From Polyangiales bacterium (lineage in GTDB: Bacteria > Myxococcota_A > Polyangia > Polyangiales > Polyangiaceae): a DNA stretch of 64,000 nucleotides. Below, piece by piece: positions 1-10,446 of the stretch. The number at the start of each line of letters is the position of its first letter. Within the stretch, counting starts at the first letter, position 1. The DNA lies in contig JBBRLQ010000004.1 of the NCBI GenBank assembly GCA_038231275.1, forward strand, positions 96,001 through 160,000. Reading direction: 5' to 3'. Below the pieces are notes generated by a model, which did not search any database, had not been told where the DNA came from, and saw only the letters and a list, made by a program, of their open reading frames with translations. A program made the translations under genes and the position numbers.

Positions 1-35
1 TCTGCGCCGGCACGACCGGTGCTACGGGAGGTCGA

Positions 36-1043
36 ATGGACCACCATGCGCTGGGCGTCGCCGTCTGTCTGATCGGTCTGATCGGTCTCGCGGGTTGCTC
101 GGGGGCAACCACGCCCGCGATCGGGGGCGACGCGGGCGCCCAAGACTCCGCCTCCGACTCCGGCGTCGTGCTGGCGGAGGCCGCCGCCGACGCCGCGAAC
201 GCGTACTGCGCGCGGGCCCAAGCGTGCGCGCCCGCGTACATCACGATCGCGTACGGCGATCTCGCCACCTGCGTGCGCACCTTCACCGACGACGTGATGC
301 GCGGCTTCGCCGGTCCCGGCGTGAACGCTACGCCCGAGTGGGTGGAAGGCTGCGCTGCCGCCGTCCCGCAAGCCACGTGCGGCGATCTCCTCGGTCACAA
401 GATGATCGCCGCGTGCAAGTCGGTGCCAGGCTCGCTCGCCGACGGCGCCGCCTGCGCGGACGACGGTCAGTGCAAAAGCACGCGCTGCCGCGTCGGAGCG
501 AACCAAACGTGCGGCGTGTGCGGGCCTCACTCCGCCGCTGGCGCGTCTTGCGGCGTCACCGACGACTGCGCCGACGGCCTCGCGTGCCTCAGCGGCACCT
601 GCGTCGCGTACGGGGAGGCGAGCGCGACGTGCGACGCGACGCACCCGTGTCGCCCCGATCTCGCGTGCACGAGCGGCGTGTGCGGAAGGGCGAACCCCGT
701 CGGCACCACGTCGTGCTCGGCGGCGAAGGAGTGCGATCTTCCGAACGGCGTCGTGTGCAACCCGACGACGACGACCTGCGAGACGTTGACCTTCGCCGGC
801 CAAGGCGCGGCGTGCGGGCTGGTCGGCGGCCGCCTCGTGCAGTGCATCGGCCCGTCGGCGTGCGTGGGCGTGAGCGCGCCGAAATACCAGGGCACGTGCT
901 CCACCGTCGCCGCGATCGGCGCCGCGTGCGACACCTTCGCGGGGCCGACCTGCGGACCAGGCGCGGTCTGCGATTGCGGCGTCGGGGCGGACGGCGGGTG
1001 CGCCGGGCGATGCAAGACCAAGGACCCTGCCGCCTGCAAGTGA
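36..1043 (+). CDS. Cys-rich lipoprotein (myxobacterial Dickkopf-like repeats)
   Basis: Lipobox LAGC, then repeated units such as GAACADDGQC, GASCGVTDDC and GAACDTFAGPTC. Confidence 0.8.
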   Translation: MDHHALGVAVCLIGLIGLAGCSGATTPAIGGDAGAQDSASDSGVVLAEAAADAANAYCARAQACAPAYITIAYGDLATCVRTFTDDVMRGFAGPGVNATPEWVEGCAAAVPQATCGDLLGHKMIAACKSVPGSLADGAACADDGQCKSTRCRVGANQTCGVCGPHSAAGASCGVTDDCADGLACLSGTCVAYGEASATCDATHPCRPDLACTSGVCGRANPVGTTSCSAAKECDLPNGVVCNPTTTTCETLTFAGQGAACGLVGGRLVQCIGPSACVGVSAPKYQGTCSTVAAIGAACDTFAGPTCGPGAVCDCGVGADGGCAGRCKTKDPAACK

Positions 1044-1067
1044 GGCCGTCCTCTCCTTGCGCGTGCT

Positions 1068-1625
1068 CTACGACCCGAGCAGCCGATCGAGCGTGATCGC
1101 ACACGCGGCGCGAACACTCAGGTGGTTGTAGCCGCTCGGGTGCCCGGCGTGGATCGGCTCGAGCGTCTCGTCCGCCTCCGCGATCACGCTCGGCGCGAGA
1201 CCCCAACCCGTCCCGAAGAGGATGAGGACGGGCTTCCCTTCCGCCGCGATGCGCGCGCGTCCCTCGGAGAGGCGGATGGGCGGCGCCACGTCGCGCGCCG
1301 CGGTGACCCACACCTCGATCGCGTCGCGACCGCCGAGCGCCGCGTAGACGTCGGCGAGCGCGGGCGCGATGCGCACGAGGGCGAGCGCCTCTTTTCGATC
1401 GGGGATGCGCTTGCCGCTCGAGCCGTGCAGCCAATGATCGGTGATCTTGCCGACGAGCTCGCGCTGCGCCTCGATCGGGTGAATGAGGAAATAGTCGGTG
1501 CAGCCGTACGTTCGCGCGCTGCGTGACAGATCGTGGACGTCGAGGTTCGTGATCGCCGTCGTGACGATCGCCTTCTTCGCGTCGAGCACCGGGAAGTGCA
1601 CGAGGGCAATCGCGACCTTCCTCAC
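1068..1625 (-). CDS. SPOUT-class RNA methyltransferase (trmD-associated Methyltrn_RNA_4-like family)
   Basis: Motifs [28 protein letters not shown] and YNHLSVRAA. The GTG start overlaps the trmD stop (GTGA); the longer ORF-track start is spurious. Confidence 0.85.
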   Translation of the reverse strand: MRKVAIALVHFPVLDAKKAIVTTAITNLDVHDLSRSARTYGCTDYFLIHPIEAQRELVGKITDHWLHGSSGKRIPDRKEALALVRIAPALADVYAALGGRDAIEVWVTAARDVAPPIRLSEGRARIAAEGKPVLILFGTGWGLAPSVIAEADETLEPIHAGHPSGYNHLSVRAACAITLDRLLGS

Positions 1626-2338
1626 GCCTCCTCCTTCTTCTTCGCGAGGCGCGCGGCGAGATCGGGGCGGCGCTCGCTCGTCCGCGCGAGCGATTGCGCG
1701 CGACGCCACTTCGCGATCTCGGCGTGATTGCCCCCTTGCAGCACGTCCGGCACCGGCGACCCGCGGAACTCTTGCGGGCGCGTGTACTGCGGGTACTCGA
1801 GGAGGCCTTGCGTCTCGGGGCTGTGCGACTCCTCGCGCGTCGATTCCTGGTTGCCGAGCACGCCGGGCAAGAGCCTCACGGTGGCCTCGATGATCGCCAT
1901 CGCCGCGACCTCGCCGCCGGTCATCACGAAATCGCCGAGCGAGATCTCCTCGGCGACGTGCGCGCGGATGCGCTCGTCGAAGCCCTCGTAGCGGCCGCAC
2001 ACGAGCATGAGCGCCGGCTCCTTCGCGAGTCGCTCAGCCGCGGCTTGATCGAACCGCGCGCCCTGCGGCGTCATGAGGAGGCGGCGCGCGACGGCGCCCT
2101 CCGGAGCGTCCGCGTCGAGCGACTCCATCGCCGTCACCATCACGTCCACGCGCATCACCATGCCGCTGCCGCCGCCGTACGGCGTATCGTCCACGCTGCG
2201 GTGCTTGCCGAGACCGAAGTCGCGCGGGCTGCGAAAGCGCACGGCGAGCTGCCCGCCGGTCTGCGCGCGCCCCACGAAGCTCGTCGTCAGGAACCCCTCG
2301 AAGAGCGCGGGGAACAGCGTGACGACGTCGACCCTCAT
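1622..2338 (-). CDS. trmD: tRNA (guanine37-N1)-methyltransferase
   Basis: [48 protein letters not shown]. Confidence 0.97.
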   Translation of the reverse strand: MRVDVVTLFPALFEGFLTTSFVGRAQTGGQLAVRFRSPRDFGLGKHRSVDDTPYGGGSGMVMRVDVMVTAMESLDADAPEGAVARRLLMTPQGARFDQAAAERLAKEPALMLVCGRYEGFDERIRAHVAEEISLGDFVMTGGEVAAMAIIEATVRLLPGVLGNQESTREESHSPETQGLLEYPQYTRPQEFRGSPVPDVLQGGNHAEIAKWRRAQSLARTSERRPDLAARLAKKKEEA

Positions 2339-2859
2339 CCGCGCTCGACGCCGTCGAGCGTCCTCAGTGTGATGGCCTCGCCCGCGAGATCCATCTTCTC
2401 AACGATCCCCTCGACGAGCGGGACCTCGTAGTCCTTGCCGCCGTCGTCCGCGCGCACCACGAGCACGTCGACGGTCGGGTAGCTCTTGAGATCGCGCACG
2501 GTGCCGACCTGCGTCTCCCCAACGACGACCCGCGCGCCGAGCACGTCGCACGCATAGAACTCACCATCGTCGAGCGGCGGGAAGTCCGCGCGGCGAACGC
2601 AGATGAGGGCGCCGCGCAGCTCATCTGCGCGATTGCGATCCCCCACCGAATGAAGACGCATCAGGATCGCCTGGTCCGCGCGCCGCGCGCCGTCGACCGA
2701 GACCTCCTGCTCCTCGCCGTCCTTCGTGCGAACGAGCACCCCGTCGAGGTGAAGGAGCACGTCGCTGTCCTTGTTGAACAGCTTGAGCCGCAGCTCGCCG
2801 CGCACGCCATGAGGACGCGCGACCTCCGCGAGGGGCACCCACGTCTCGGGCGCTTTCAC
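2335..2859 (-). CDS. rimM: Ribosome maturation factor RimM
   Basis: [24 protein letters not shown]; lies between khpA and trmD. Confidence 0.95.
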   Translation of the reverse strand: MKAPETWVPLAEVARPHGVRGELRLKLFNKDSDVLLHLDGVLVRTKDGEEQEVSVDGARRADQAILMRLHSVGDRNRADELRGALICVRRADFPPLDDGEFYACDVLGARVVVGETQVGTVRDLKSYPTVDVLVVRADDGGKDYEVPLVEGIVEKMDLAGEAITLRTLDGVERG

Positions 2860-2872
2860 TCGACGCCTGCTC

Positions 2873-3109
2873 CTAGTCGACGATGTCGAGGTGGGCTCTG
2901 CGGCCGAGCTTCGTCGAGACGGCGGTCAGGATGGTCCGCATCGACTGCGCGGTGCGACCTTCCTTGCCGATGACCTTGCCGACGTCCTCTTTCGCGACGC
3001 GCAACTCGATGAGGCTGTTGTGCTCACCGGCGATCTCGGTCACGACCACTTGATCGGGGTGATCCACGAGCTCGATGGCGATCGCACGAATCAGCTCTTT
3101 CAATGCCAT
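2873..3109 (-). CDS. khpA: KH-domain RNA-binding protein KhpA
   Basis: LVDHPDQV, DVGKVIGKEGRTA (GxxG loop); canonical position after rpsP. Confidence 0.93.
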   Translation of the reverse strand: MALKELIRAIAIELVDHPDQVVVTEIAGEHNSLIELRVAKEDVGKVIGKEGRTAQSMRTILTAVSTKLGRRAHLDIVD

Positions 3110-3188
3110 GGATAGCTTTCCCGCGAATGACTGCGGAACGGCGGAACTGCGAAACGGACTCTCTACTTCGGAACGAACGAAAACGGGG

Positions 3189-3464
3189 CTACTTCTTCTC
3201 GGGCGCGGCAGGCGCAGCGGCGGCGGCCTTGACGGCGGCCTTGATGAGGTCCCTCACCGTGTCCGACGGCGTGGCGCCGTGCTGCTTCCAGTGCTCGAGA
3301 CGCGCCACGTCGTACGTGAGCAGACCGGTCTTACCCGACGGATCGAACGTCCCGATGTTCTCGAGGAAGCGGCCGCCGCGGGGGCTGCGGTGATCGGTCA
3401 CGACGAGCCGATAAAAGGGATTCTTTTTGGCGCCCGCGCGGGCAAGACGGATGTGCACGGCCAT
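3189..3464 (-). CDS. rpsP: 30S ribosomal protein S16
   Basis: [35 protein letters not shown]. Confidence 0.97.
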   Translation of the reverse strand: MAVHIRLARAGAKKNPFYRLVVTDHRSPRGGRFLENIGTFDPSGKTGLLTYDVARLEHWKQHGATPSDTVRDLIKAAVKAAAAAPAAPEKK

Positions 3465-3622
3465 GGGAACGGTTCTTCCTTGATAGAATTAGCACACGGT
3501 GACGGTGTTGGCGCGCCGTGTGCTCGGGGCGGCGCAACCTACGAGGAACATTGGTACGGGTCAAGTAGGTTTGGCGAAGGGAGGAGAAGCGGGACGCAGG
3601 GTGGCTCCTCGGACGCGCGGGG

Positions 3623-4066
3623 TCAACCGTTCACGCTCATCACCTTCGTCAGGCGCATGAGGAGGGGGAGGTGAAAGAGCATGCCTTCGATGCGAAACTG
3701 GCGACGAAGGAGGGCCCGAAACACCGATCGGACCAGCTCCTGCCCCTCTTTGTCGTCTCGGCGGGGGATGGGCAGGCCGCCCCGACGCGTCAGCGGCATG
3801 TTCGACAGGGCCATGATCGTGTCGGAAGTGCCGTAAATCACGACGTCCGGGACCCCCAAGACGCCGTCGTGGATGCGCAGGTCGCCACGGTCGAAGCACA
3901 GCGTAAGCGAGACCTCGGCGTCCTCCGCGACGATCGCCACGACGCCGGAAAGTGCCTCGAAATCCGGCATCTTGTGCGGATTCGTCTCGAGGTTCTGGCG
4001 CACCAGCTCGGAGAGCATGACGGCGAGGCCGTTCTCGCTGGCGCCGGGGGCGAGGGCGATGTCCAT
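3623..4066 (-). CDS. SCP2 sterol/lipid-binding-like protein
   Basis: SCP2-like pattern TLCFDRGDLRIHDG...PDVVIYG...FRIEG; ATG at 4066 chosen as start. Confidence 0.6.
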   Translation of the reverse strand: MDIALAPGASENGLAVMLSELVRQNLETNPHKMPDFEALSGVVAIVAEDAEVSLTLCFDRGDLRIHDGVLGVPDVVIYGTSDTIMALSNMPLTRRGGLPIPRRDDKEGQELVRSVFRALLRRQFRIEGMLFHLPLLMRLTKVMSVNG

Positions 4067-4152
4067 CTTCGAAGTCACCGGGGCGGGGCATAGCACGTTA
4101 CCCGCGGGCAATGCAGCGCCCTAGGGCCCGAATTCCACGGAAATAGACGATT

Positions 4153-6729
4153 TTAGGGCCCTAGGGCCGAGTCTCGGCGGGCTCCGCCGTCGCCGAGCTC
4201 GGGGCAAACGCTCCGGGCGCGGTCGAGGTCTTTCTCGCAGGCGGTGACCGACCGTCGTAGCGCCTCGATGGCGCGGGCGCGCTCGATCTCCGGGGCCGCG
4301 CGCGGGGCCGTGAGGTCGCGGACGATGGCGGCCGCCGCCTGCTTTTCGGCCTCGGTTTGCGCTTCGGCGCGACGGTACGAGACGAAGACGGCCAGCGCGC
4401 CCAGGACGACAGAGGCCACGAGGGTCCCGAGGGCGACGCGCGCGCGAAGCTCCGCGCGGTGGGAGGCCGCGAGGAATGTGAGCGAACGCGCCTCGATGGG
4501 GACCGTCTTCCGAGCGACCAGCGCCCGTGCCGTCGCGAGCGGCAGACCGCGCCAGAGTCGGTCGCGTCCCGGCGTCGCGTCGTGCGAATCGGCGGCCACA
4601 GCGATCTCGGCCGCGAGCGCGCGATCGTCACGGAGCGCGTCGAGCCAGCCACGAAGCGTCGTCCACTGCGTGAGGAGCGCTTCGTGCGCCAGGGTGTAGC
4701 CGCCCGAGTCCTCGACCACGAGGCGCGCGCCGACGAGCGCGGCCAGGACGGCGTCACGCTCGCTCCGAGCAACCTCGCGCGCGAGCTCGCCGCTCGACCG
4801 TCGCGCGCGCGTCCCGCGTGGCGTCGTGAGCGCGACGAGGAGCGCCTTCGCCGCCGCCCTGCTCCCCTCTCCCTCCGTCTCCTCGAGTCGCGCCAGGACC
4901 CCATCGGCGTGACGGGCGAGCGCGCCGGCGATGCCACCGAGGTCGGCCAACGCCGCGCGCGTCAGCACCTTGCGCGTCCGATCCCGACGCTCCCACGCCT
5001 CACGCAACGCAAACGCGACGAGCGGCATCGCCTCGGCGGTCGACGAGAGCTCTCCCGAGAGCGTGTCGCGCAGATCGTCGTCGAGGCGATAGCCGTAGGC
5101 CGCGAGGGCGTCCTCCAGCACGGCCCCCCACGCGTCCTTGTCCAGCGGCGCGACGAGCTGCGTGCTCCTCAAGATCACGGGACCGAGCGTCGCGACCGCG
5201 AGGAGCGGGTCGAGGAGATCGCGCCGCGCCGTAACGAGCGCGCGGAGACCAGGGACGGGCGCATGCCCGATGCGCGCGAGCACCCTCGCGAGGTAGGCGC
5301 GGCCTGCGGCGTCGGCCACCGTCACGAGCTCTTCTAGCGCGTCCACGCAGAGGACCAGACCGACGCCGTCTCCCTCGATCGCCGCCACCAGCGCGTTGAT
5401 CAGATCGTCGGGATCGGCGGGCAGCGCCGGACGACCGAGCGCAGCGGCGAGCGCGCGGCGCGGATCGGAGCCAGGAGCGAAGCACACGACGCGGAACGTC
5501 GCGGGCCATGGACCGAGGGCGCCATCTGCGAGCGCCGGGAGGACACCGGCGCGCGCGAGGCTACTTTTTCCGCTGCCCGAGGGCCCGACCAGCGCGACGA
5601 GCCCGCGCGTACGAAAGAGCTCCAACGACGTCGCGATCTCCGCAGATCGGCCGAAGTAGACGTCGCGGTGCTCGCGCTCGAAGGGGCCGAGACCGCGGAA
5701 CGGACCGTCCGCGGGGAGCTCTCGCGTTCGACCACGAACGGCGCGCTTGAGCCTCGCGATTTCGACGGCGACCCATTCGGCGTGACGGGGTCGATCCTCC
5801 CTTCGCGGCGACACGAGCGAATCGACGAGCCGCGCGACGTCCTCCGGGACGTTCGGGGCCACCGTACGAAGGGGCGGGGGCGGCGTCGTGCCGAGCATGA
5901 TCCCCGGGATGAGCCGCGACGCGATCGGACCCGCGCCCATGCTGGCGGGGACGCGTCCGGTCAGGCACTCGAAGAGGGTCGCGCCTAGGCCGTAGAGATC
6001 GCTCGACTCCGTCGCGGGCGCCATCGATCCGAGGCACACCGGGTCCATGTAGCCAGGAGTCCCCGCGCCGTGCGCCTCGGTGCTCCCCTCGACGTCCGCG
6101 AGCGGCATCGTGTCGCCCATCACGTCGGGCCCCAAGATCGGCGAGCTCCGCTGCACCCGAATTGCGTGGTCGGCGCGCGCCGTCGCCGCGATGCCGAAGT
6201 CGATGAGCTTGACGATCCCGTTCGCCTCGATCACGTTGGCGGGCTTCACGTCACGGTGGACGAGGCCCACCGCGTGGACGGCGGCGAGCGCCGACGCCAC
6301 CGCCGCGCCGATGTCGAGCGCCGCCTCGACCGGCAGCACCCTCTCCTTGTCCAGACGATCGGCGAGCGAGCGCCCCTGAACATGCTCCATCGCCAGGCCG
6401 TACACCGTGTGTGTCTCGTCCTCGGCGATCTGGAGGAAGCGAACGACGTTCGGGTGCTCGACACGACACAGCGCCCGCGCCTCCTCGAGGATGCGATCAC
6501 GCGTCAGGCGAAACGTGCCGGTTCCGGTGCTGCCCGGATGATCCACGTCTGCGTCGATCGCGAACAATTTCACCGCGACGGTGCGCAGATCCATCGTGCC
6601 GTACGTCTCGGTCGCGAGGTACACCGGCGCGAAGCCGCCCGCGCCGAGCGCCTTCAGCAGGCGAAACGGACCGAGGCGCGGTGGATCCGCGTTGAGGAGG
6701 CGGGCAAGGACCGCCGAGCTGCGCGCCAT
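4153..6729 (-). CDS. Ser/Thr protein kinase fused to an nSTAND1-type NTPase, one C-terminal TM helix
   Basis: Kinase motifs LGAGGFAPVY, VAVK, HRDVKPAN, DFG, GTPGYMDP. STAND motifs PFRGLGPF...YFGR, Walker A GPSGSGKSS, Walker B LCVDALEEL, LAHEALL. TM VALGTLVASVVLGALAVFVSY. Confidence 0.9.
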   Translation of the reverse strand: MARSSAVLARLLNADPPRLGPFRLLKALGAGGFAPVYLATETYGTMDLRTVAVKLFAIDADVDHPGSTGTGTFRLTRDRILEEARALCRVEHPNVVRFLQIAEDETHTVYGLAMEHVQGRSLADRLDKERVLPVEAALDIGAAVASALAAVHAVGLVHRDVKPANVIEANGIVKLIDFGIAATARADHAIRVQRSSPILGPDVMGDTMPLADVEGSTEAHGAGTPGYMDPVCLGSMAPATESSDLYGLGATLFECLTGRVPASMGAGPIASRLIPGIMLGTTPPPPLRTVAPNVPEDVARLVDSLVSPRREDRPRHAEWVAVEIARLKRAVRGRTRELPADGPFRGLGPFEREHRDVYFGRSAEIATSLELFRTRGLVALVGPSGSGKSSLARAGVLPALADGALGPWPATFRVVCFAPGSDPRRALAAALGRPALPADPDDLINALVAAIEGDGVGLVLCVDALEELVTVADAAGRAYLARVLARIGHAPVPGLRALVTARRDLLDPLLAVATLGPVILRSTQLVAPLDKDAWGAVLEDALAAYGYRLDDDLRDTLSGELSSTAEAMPLVAFALREAWERRDRTRKVLTRAALADLGGIAGALARHADGVLARLEETEGEGSRAAAKALLVALTTPRGTRARRSSGELAREVARSERDAVLAALVGARLVVEDSGGYTLAHEALLTQWTTLRGWLDALRDDRALAAEIAVAADSHDATPGRDRLWRGLPLATARALVARKTVPIEARSLTFLAASHRAELRARVALGTLVASVVLGALAVFVSYRRAEAQTEAEKQAAAAIVRDLTAPRAAPEIERARAIEALRRSVTACEKDLDRARSVCPELGDGGARRDSALGP

Positions 6730-6738
6730 CTCCCGAGG

Positions 6739-7296
6739 CTACTCGCCTTCGTTGGTGATCGAGAGCGCGGGGTTGTTGGAGGCCGCGATCACGGTGCACG
6801 TGACGCCGTCGCCGTCGGTGTCGCCCTGCGCTTGGACGAGGTAAAAGGGATCCGTCGGCGAGGGCGGGAGCACGCCCGGCGGCGGACCGGTCGCGCCGCC
6901 GCTGCTGCTGCCGCCCCCGGTGGGGATCCCGCCGATGCCCGCGACGGTCGCGTATCCGTACATGACGGGCCCGACGGGTTGCACGTTGAGGAGACGCCAC
7001 GAGTCGGCCGCCTTGCAGACTTTGCAGTCGTTGCCCCACGCGGTGACGAACGGTCCGGGGCTCGCCGCGGGGTAGTACGAGGCGGGCGTCGACGAGACGT
7101 TCGCGTAGACCCCGGTCTCGGTCCGGTACATCTCCTGCGCGTCGCGGATTTGAACGGTGAGGTTGGTCGCCTCGGCCATCCGCGCCACGCCGCGATACTG
7201 CCGGTAGGTCAGGATCGCCAGCGTCGAGAGGACGGTCGTGATCACGACCACCACCGACATCTCCACCAGCGTGAACCCGCGAGCCCGCGTCCTCAT
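6739..7296 (-). CDS. Type IV pilin-like protein
   Basis: Class III signal RARG|FTLVE followed by a hydrophobic helix; C-terminal AQGDTDGDG. Confidence 0.85.
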   Translation of the reverse strand: MRTRARGFTLVEMSVVVVITTVLSTLAILTYRQYRGVARMAEATNLTVQIRDAQEMYRTETGVYANVSSTPASYYPAASPGPFVTAWGNDCKVCKAADSWRLLNVQPVGPVMYGYATVAGIGGIPTGGGSSSGGATGPPPGVLPPSPTDPFYLVQAQGDTDGDGVTCTVIAASNNPALSITNEGE

Positions 7297-7396
7297 CGTC
7301 TTCGATGATCGTACCGACCGCGGACGTCCGCGCTTCCCGATCGGTCGATATGGCGCAAGTTTTGGAGGGTGTCCGGCGCTCGTGTAAGCGAACGCG

Positions 7397-8935
7397 CTAC
7401 CGAGTGAGCTTGCCCTCGGCGTCTCGGATCTCGAACGTATCGACGCCGATCGCCCCGAGCTGCTTCTCGAGCTTTGCGCGCGGCCCGACGACCACCACGT
7501 ACCCGTCCTTCGGATCGAAGTCGCGGACGGCGCGGGCGAGGTCCTCCTTCGGCGCCGTGTCGCGACGCGTGCTCGCCTTGGCCTCGTAGTCGGGGCCGAG
7601 CCCGAGGGCCGCGTCGCGGGCGAGGCGCATCGCGGCGCTCTCGGACTGCTCGAACATCTCGACCAGCTCGCCCCGCGCGATGAGGCGCGTCTTATGGATC
7701 TCGTCGTCGGTCAGCCCCGCGCGCGCGAAGTCTTCGACGTCCTTGAGCATCGCGCGCAGCGCCTCGCCGGTATGCTCGGTCTGCACGGCCGCGGACGCGA
7801 CGACGGTGCCGGCCCCCCGGAGCAGCGTGACGCGCGAGCTCGCGCCGTAGCTCCAGCCGTGCTCCTCGCGGAGATCCTGGTTCAAGCGCGACGTGAACGA
7901 GCCGCCCAGCGCGATGTTCACGCGCGACATGACGGGCGCGTCGGGATCGGAGGCTCCCCTCCCCGACCGGACGAGGGCGATCACGGACTGCGGCGCGTCC
8001 GCGCGATCGACGAGCGTGACGCGGGGCCACGCGCCGGTCCGTTGCGGAGGCGTGGCAGGTGGCGGCGGGGTCAGGAGGGTCGGTTTGTCGCCGGCCGGCG
8101 CCTTCCACTCGCCGAGCCCCGCGGTGAGCATGGGATCGAGCTCCACGCGCGTGACGTCTCCGACAACGACGAGCGTAGCCACGTCGGGCCGCCACGCGGT
8201 CTTGTAGAAGGCGCGTACGTCGGCGAGCGTCACCGTCTTGGCCGACGCGATGAGCCCCTCGACGGGGTGACCGTACGCGCCGTCGCCGTTCAGCACGCGC
8301 GACGCCACGACCTGCGCGACGCTCTGCGGCTCCCTCGCGCGCTGCGAGAGATCGTTGTTCCACAGCTCGTGCACACGCTTCCACTCCGCGGCGTCGAACC
8401 GAGGGCGCGCGACGACGTCGCCGAACAGCGCGAACGCCGGCGTGAGGTTCTTCTTCACGACCACCAGCGACGCGTGCGCGTAGTCGAGGCTCGCGCCGGT
8501 GTGGAGGCTCGCCCCGAGTGCCTCGAGCTGCTTGGCGAGCGCGATCGAACCGAGCTTTCCTGCCCCTTCGTCGAGCATGTTCGCGGTGGCCCACGCGAGC
8601 CCTGCCTTCGTTTTTGGATCCGAGGCGGCGCCCGACGACACTGCGAGCGTCATCGCGACGAGCGGCAGACCATGACGCTCGACGAGCCACACGGTGAGGC
8701 CGGTCGGCGTCGTGTAGACGATCGGCGCGGGCGGCGTGAAGGGCGCGGGCGCAGGCGTCTCCGGCTTGGCTCCCAACGGATCGACGTCGACGGGCGCGGT
8801 GGCGACCGGCGTAGGCGCGGACGCGTCGGGCGCCGGCTGGAGCGGCGGGTTGGCGAGGGGCTTCGGACCGCACGCGGAACCGAGCGCGAGCGCGAGGAGG
8901 ACGAGCGGCGCGCGTCGCAGCGAAGAGGTCCTCAC
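7397..8935 (-). CDS. M16 peptidase, non-catalytic subunit (lipoprotein)
   Basis: GLAWATANMLDEG replaces HxxEH; LGGSFTSRLNQDLREEHGWSYG; lipobox-like GSAC. Confidence 0.9.
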   Translation of the reverse strand: MRTSSLRRAPLVLLALALGSACGPKPLANPPLQPAPDASAPTPVATAPVDVDPLGAKPETPAPAPFTPPAPIVYTTPTGLTVWLVERHGLPLVAMTLAVSSGAASDPKTKAGLAWATANMLDEGAGKLGSIALAKQLEALGASLHTGASLDYAHASLVVVKKNLTPAFALFGDVVARPRFDAAEWKRVHELWNNDLSQRAREPQSVAQVVASRVLNGDGAYGHPVEGLIASAKTVTLADVRAFYKTAWRPDVATLVVVGDVTRVELDPMLTAGLGEWKAPAGDKPTLLTPPPPATPPQRTGAWPRVTLVDRADAPQSVIALVRSGRGASDPDAPVMSRVNIALGGSFTSRLNQDLREEHGWSYGASSRVTLLRGAGTVVASAAVQTEHTGEALRAMLKDVEDFARAGLTDDEIHKTRLIARGELVEMFEQSESAAMRLARDAALGLGPDYEAKASTRRDTAPKEDLARAVRDFDPKDGYVVVVGPRAKLEKQLGAIGVDTFEIRDAEGKLTR

Positions 8936-10335
8936 TTTTTCACCCCCTTCTTGTCATTCTTCTCTTCGGCTCTTTCGGGCTTCTTCTCCCTCGGCAAGAC
9001 GCGGAGGATGATGCGCTTGCCGGGATCGAGCGTCCGCGTCGCGATCTCCTTCAGGCCGTCGGTGGTCGCCTTGCGGTAGCGATCGAGATCCTTTTGCACG
9101 AAGCCCGGATCGCCCAGCTCCGCCTCGTACGAGCTCAGGATGCTCGCGCGCTGGCGCACGCCCTCGAGGCCGCGCACGAAGCCGGACTCGTAGCCGTTCT
9201 TGGCGCGCGAGAGCTCGTCGTCGGTCACGCGATCGGCGCGCACCTTGGCGAGCTCCTTGTCCACCGCCGCCTCCACTTTGTCGAGCGAGATGCCCGGCCG
9301 CGCGATCACGCCCACGACGAAGCGCGAGCCGAGCACACCGGACTGCTGCGTCGCCTCGACGCTCTGCGCGACCTTCTGCTCGTAGACGAGCGCCTGGTAG
9401 AGGCGGCTCGCCTTGCCGCTCGCGAGCACCGTCGAGAGGAGATCCAGCTCGGCGTCGCCCGCCGCGAAGTGCTTGGGCGACTGCCACGCCATCACGAGCT
9501 TGGGGAGCTCGACATCGTCATGAAGCGTCTCACGCACGACCGAGACCAGCGTCGTCACGTTCGAGTCGAAGCCAGGCGCGCCAGGATCCTTCGGCTTCCC
9601 GCGCGACGGGATCGAGCCGAACGCCTTCTGCACCTTCTCGAGGACGACCTTCGGATCGAAGTCGCCGGCCACGACGAGCGCCGCGTTCGCGGGATCGTAC
9701 CAAGTCGCGAAGAACTGCTTCACGTCGTCGACCGTCGCGGCCTCGAGGTCCTCGTGCGAGCCGATGACGGGGTGATGGTAGGGGTGGCCGTCCGGGTAGA
9801 GGAGCTCGGGGATGCGCAGCTCCACTTTTCCGTAGGGCGTGTTCTCGGTCGTCTGACGGCGCTCGTTGCGGACGACGTCGCGCTGCGCGTTCAGCTTCTC
9901 GAGCGTCATGAGCGGACCGAGATCGCGGAGGCGATCGGCCTCGAGCCAGATGAGCAGATCGAGCGCCGTGGGCGGGCCGACGTCGTAGTAGTCGGTGCGA
10001 TCCTCGCTCGTCCACGCGTTGTTCCAGCCGCCGGCCGCCTCCATCCATCCGTCGAACGCCTTGGTCGGCGCGCGACGCGTCCCCATGAACATGAGGTGCT
10101 CGAAGAGGTGCGCGAAGCCCGTGCGCTTCGGCTGTTCCATCCGCGACCCGGTCCAGTAGCCGATGTTCACGACCACCGTGGGGATGGTGTGATCCTCGTG
10201 GAGGACGACGGTGAGGCCGTTCGGGAGCTGCGTCTTCGTGAAGGGGATCTTCAGATCGTCGGCGCGCGCGACGCCGGCGGTAGTGGCGAGCGCGAGGGCG
10301 ATGGCGGCCGCGAACGCTCCAGGACGGGTGCTCAT
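8932..10335 (-). CDS. M16 zinc peptidase, catalytic subunit
   Basis: Signal peptide; GFAHLFEHLMF (HxxEH), NAWTSEDRT, VVRNERRQ; 4-bp overlap with its partner. Confidence 0.93.
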   Translation of the reverse strand: MSTRPGAFAAAIALALATTAGVARADDLKIPFTKTQLPNGLTVVLHEDHTIPTVVVNIGYWTGSRMEQPKRTGFAHLFEHLMFMGTRRAPTKAFDGWMEAAGGWNNAWTSEDRTDYYDVGPPTALDLLIWLEADRLRDLGPLMTLEKLNAQRDVVRNERRQTTENTPYGKVELRIPELLYPDGHPYHHPVIGSHEDLEAATVDDVKQFFATWYDPANAALVVAGDFDPKVVLEKVQKAFGSIPSRGKPKDPGAPGFDSNVTTLVSVVRETLHDDVELPKLVMAWQSPKHFAAGDAELDLLSTVLASGKASRLYQALVYEQKVAQSVEATQQSGVLGSRFVVGVIARPGISLDKVEAAVDKELAKVRADRVTDDELSRAKNGYESGFVRGLEGVRQRASILSSYEAELGDPGFVQKDLDRYRKATTDGLKEIATRTLDPGKRIILRVLPREKKPERAEEKNDKKGVKK

Positions 10336-10446
10336 GGCCCGCTACATTGCCGGAGCTCGGCGGAACGAGCAACGGCGATGCCGTCATATCAACGAGTTAC
10401 GGCGGGGTTTCTGCCGGCGGGGCCATGCGTTCGGTCTGTAAGCTCG

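Noticed and set aside
9094-10446. Long N-terminal extension of the ECF sigma ORF
   Set aside because: Antisense to the M16 peptidase; sigma similarity starts only after about 10570
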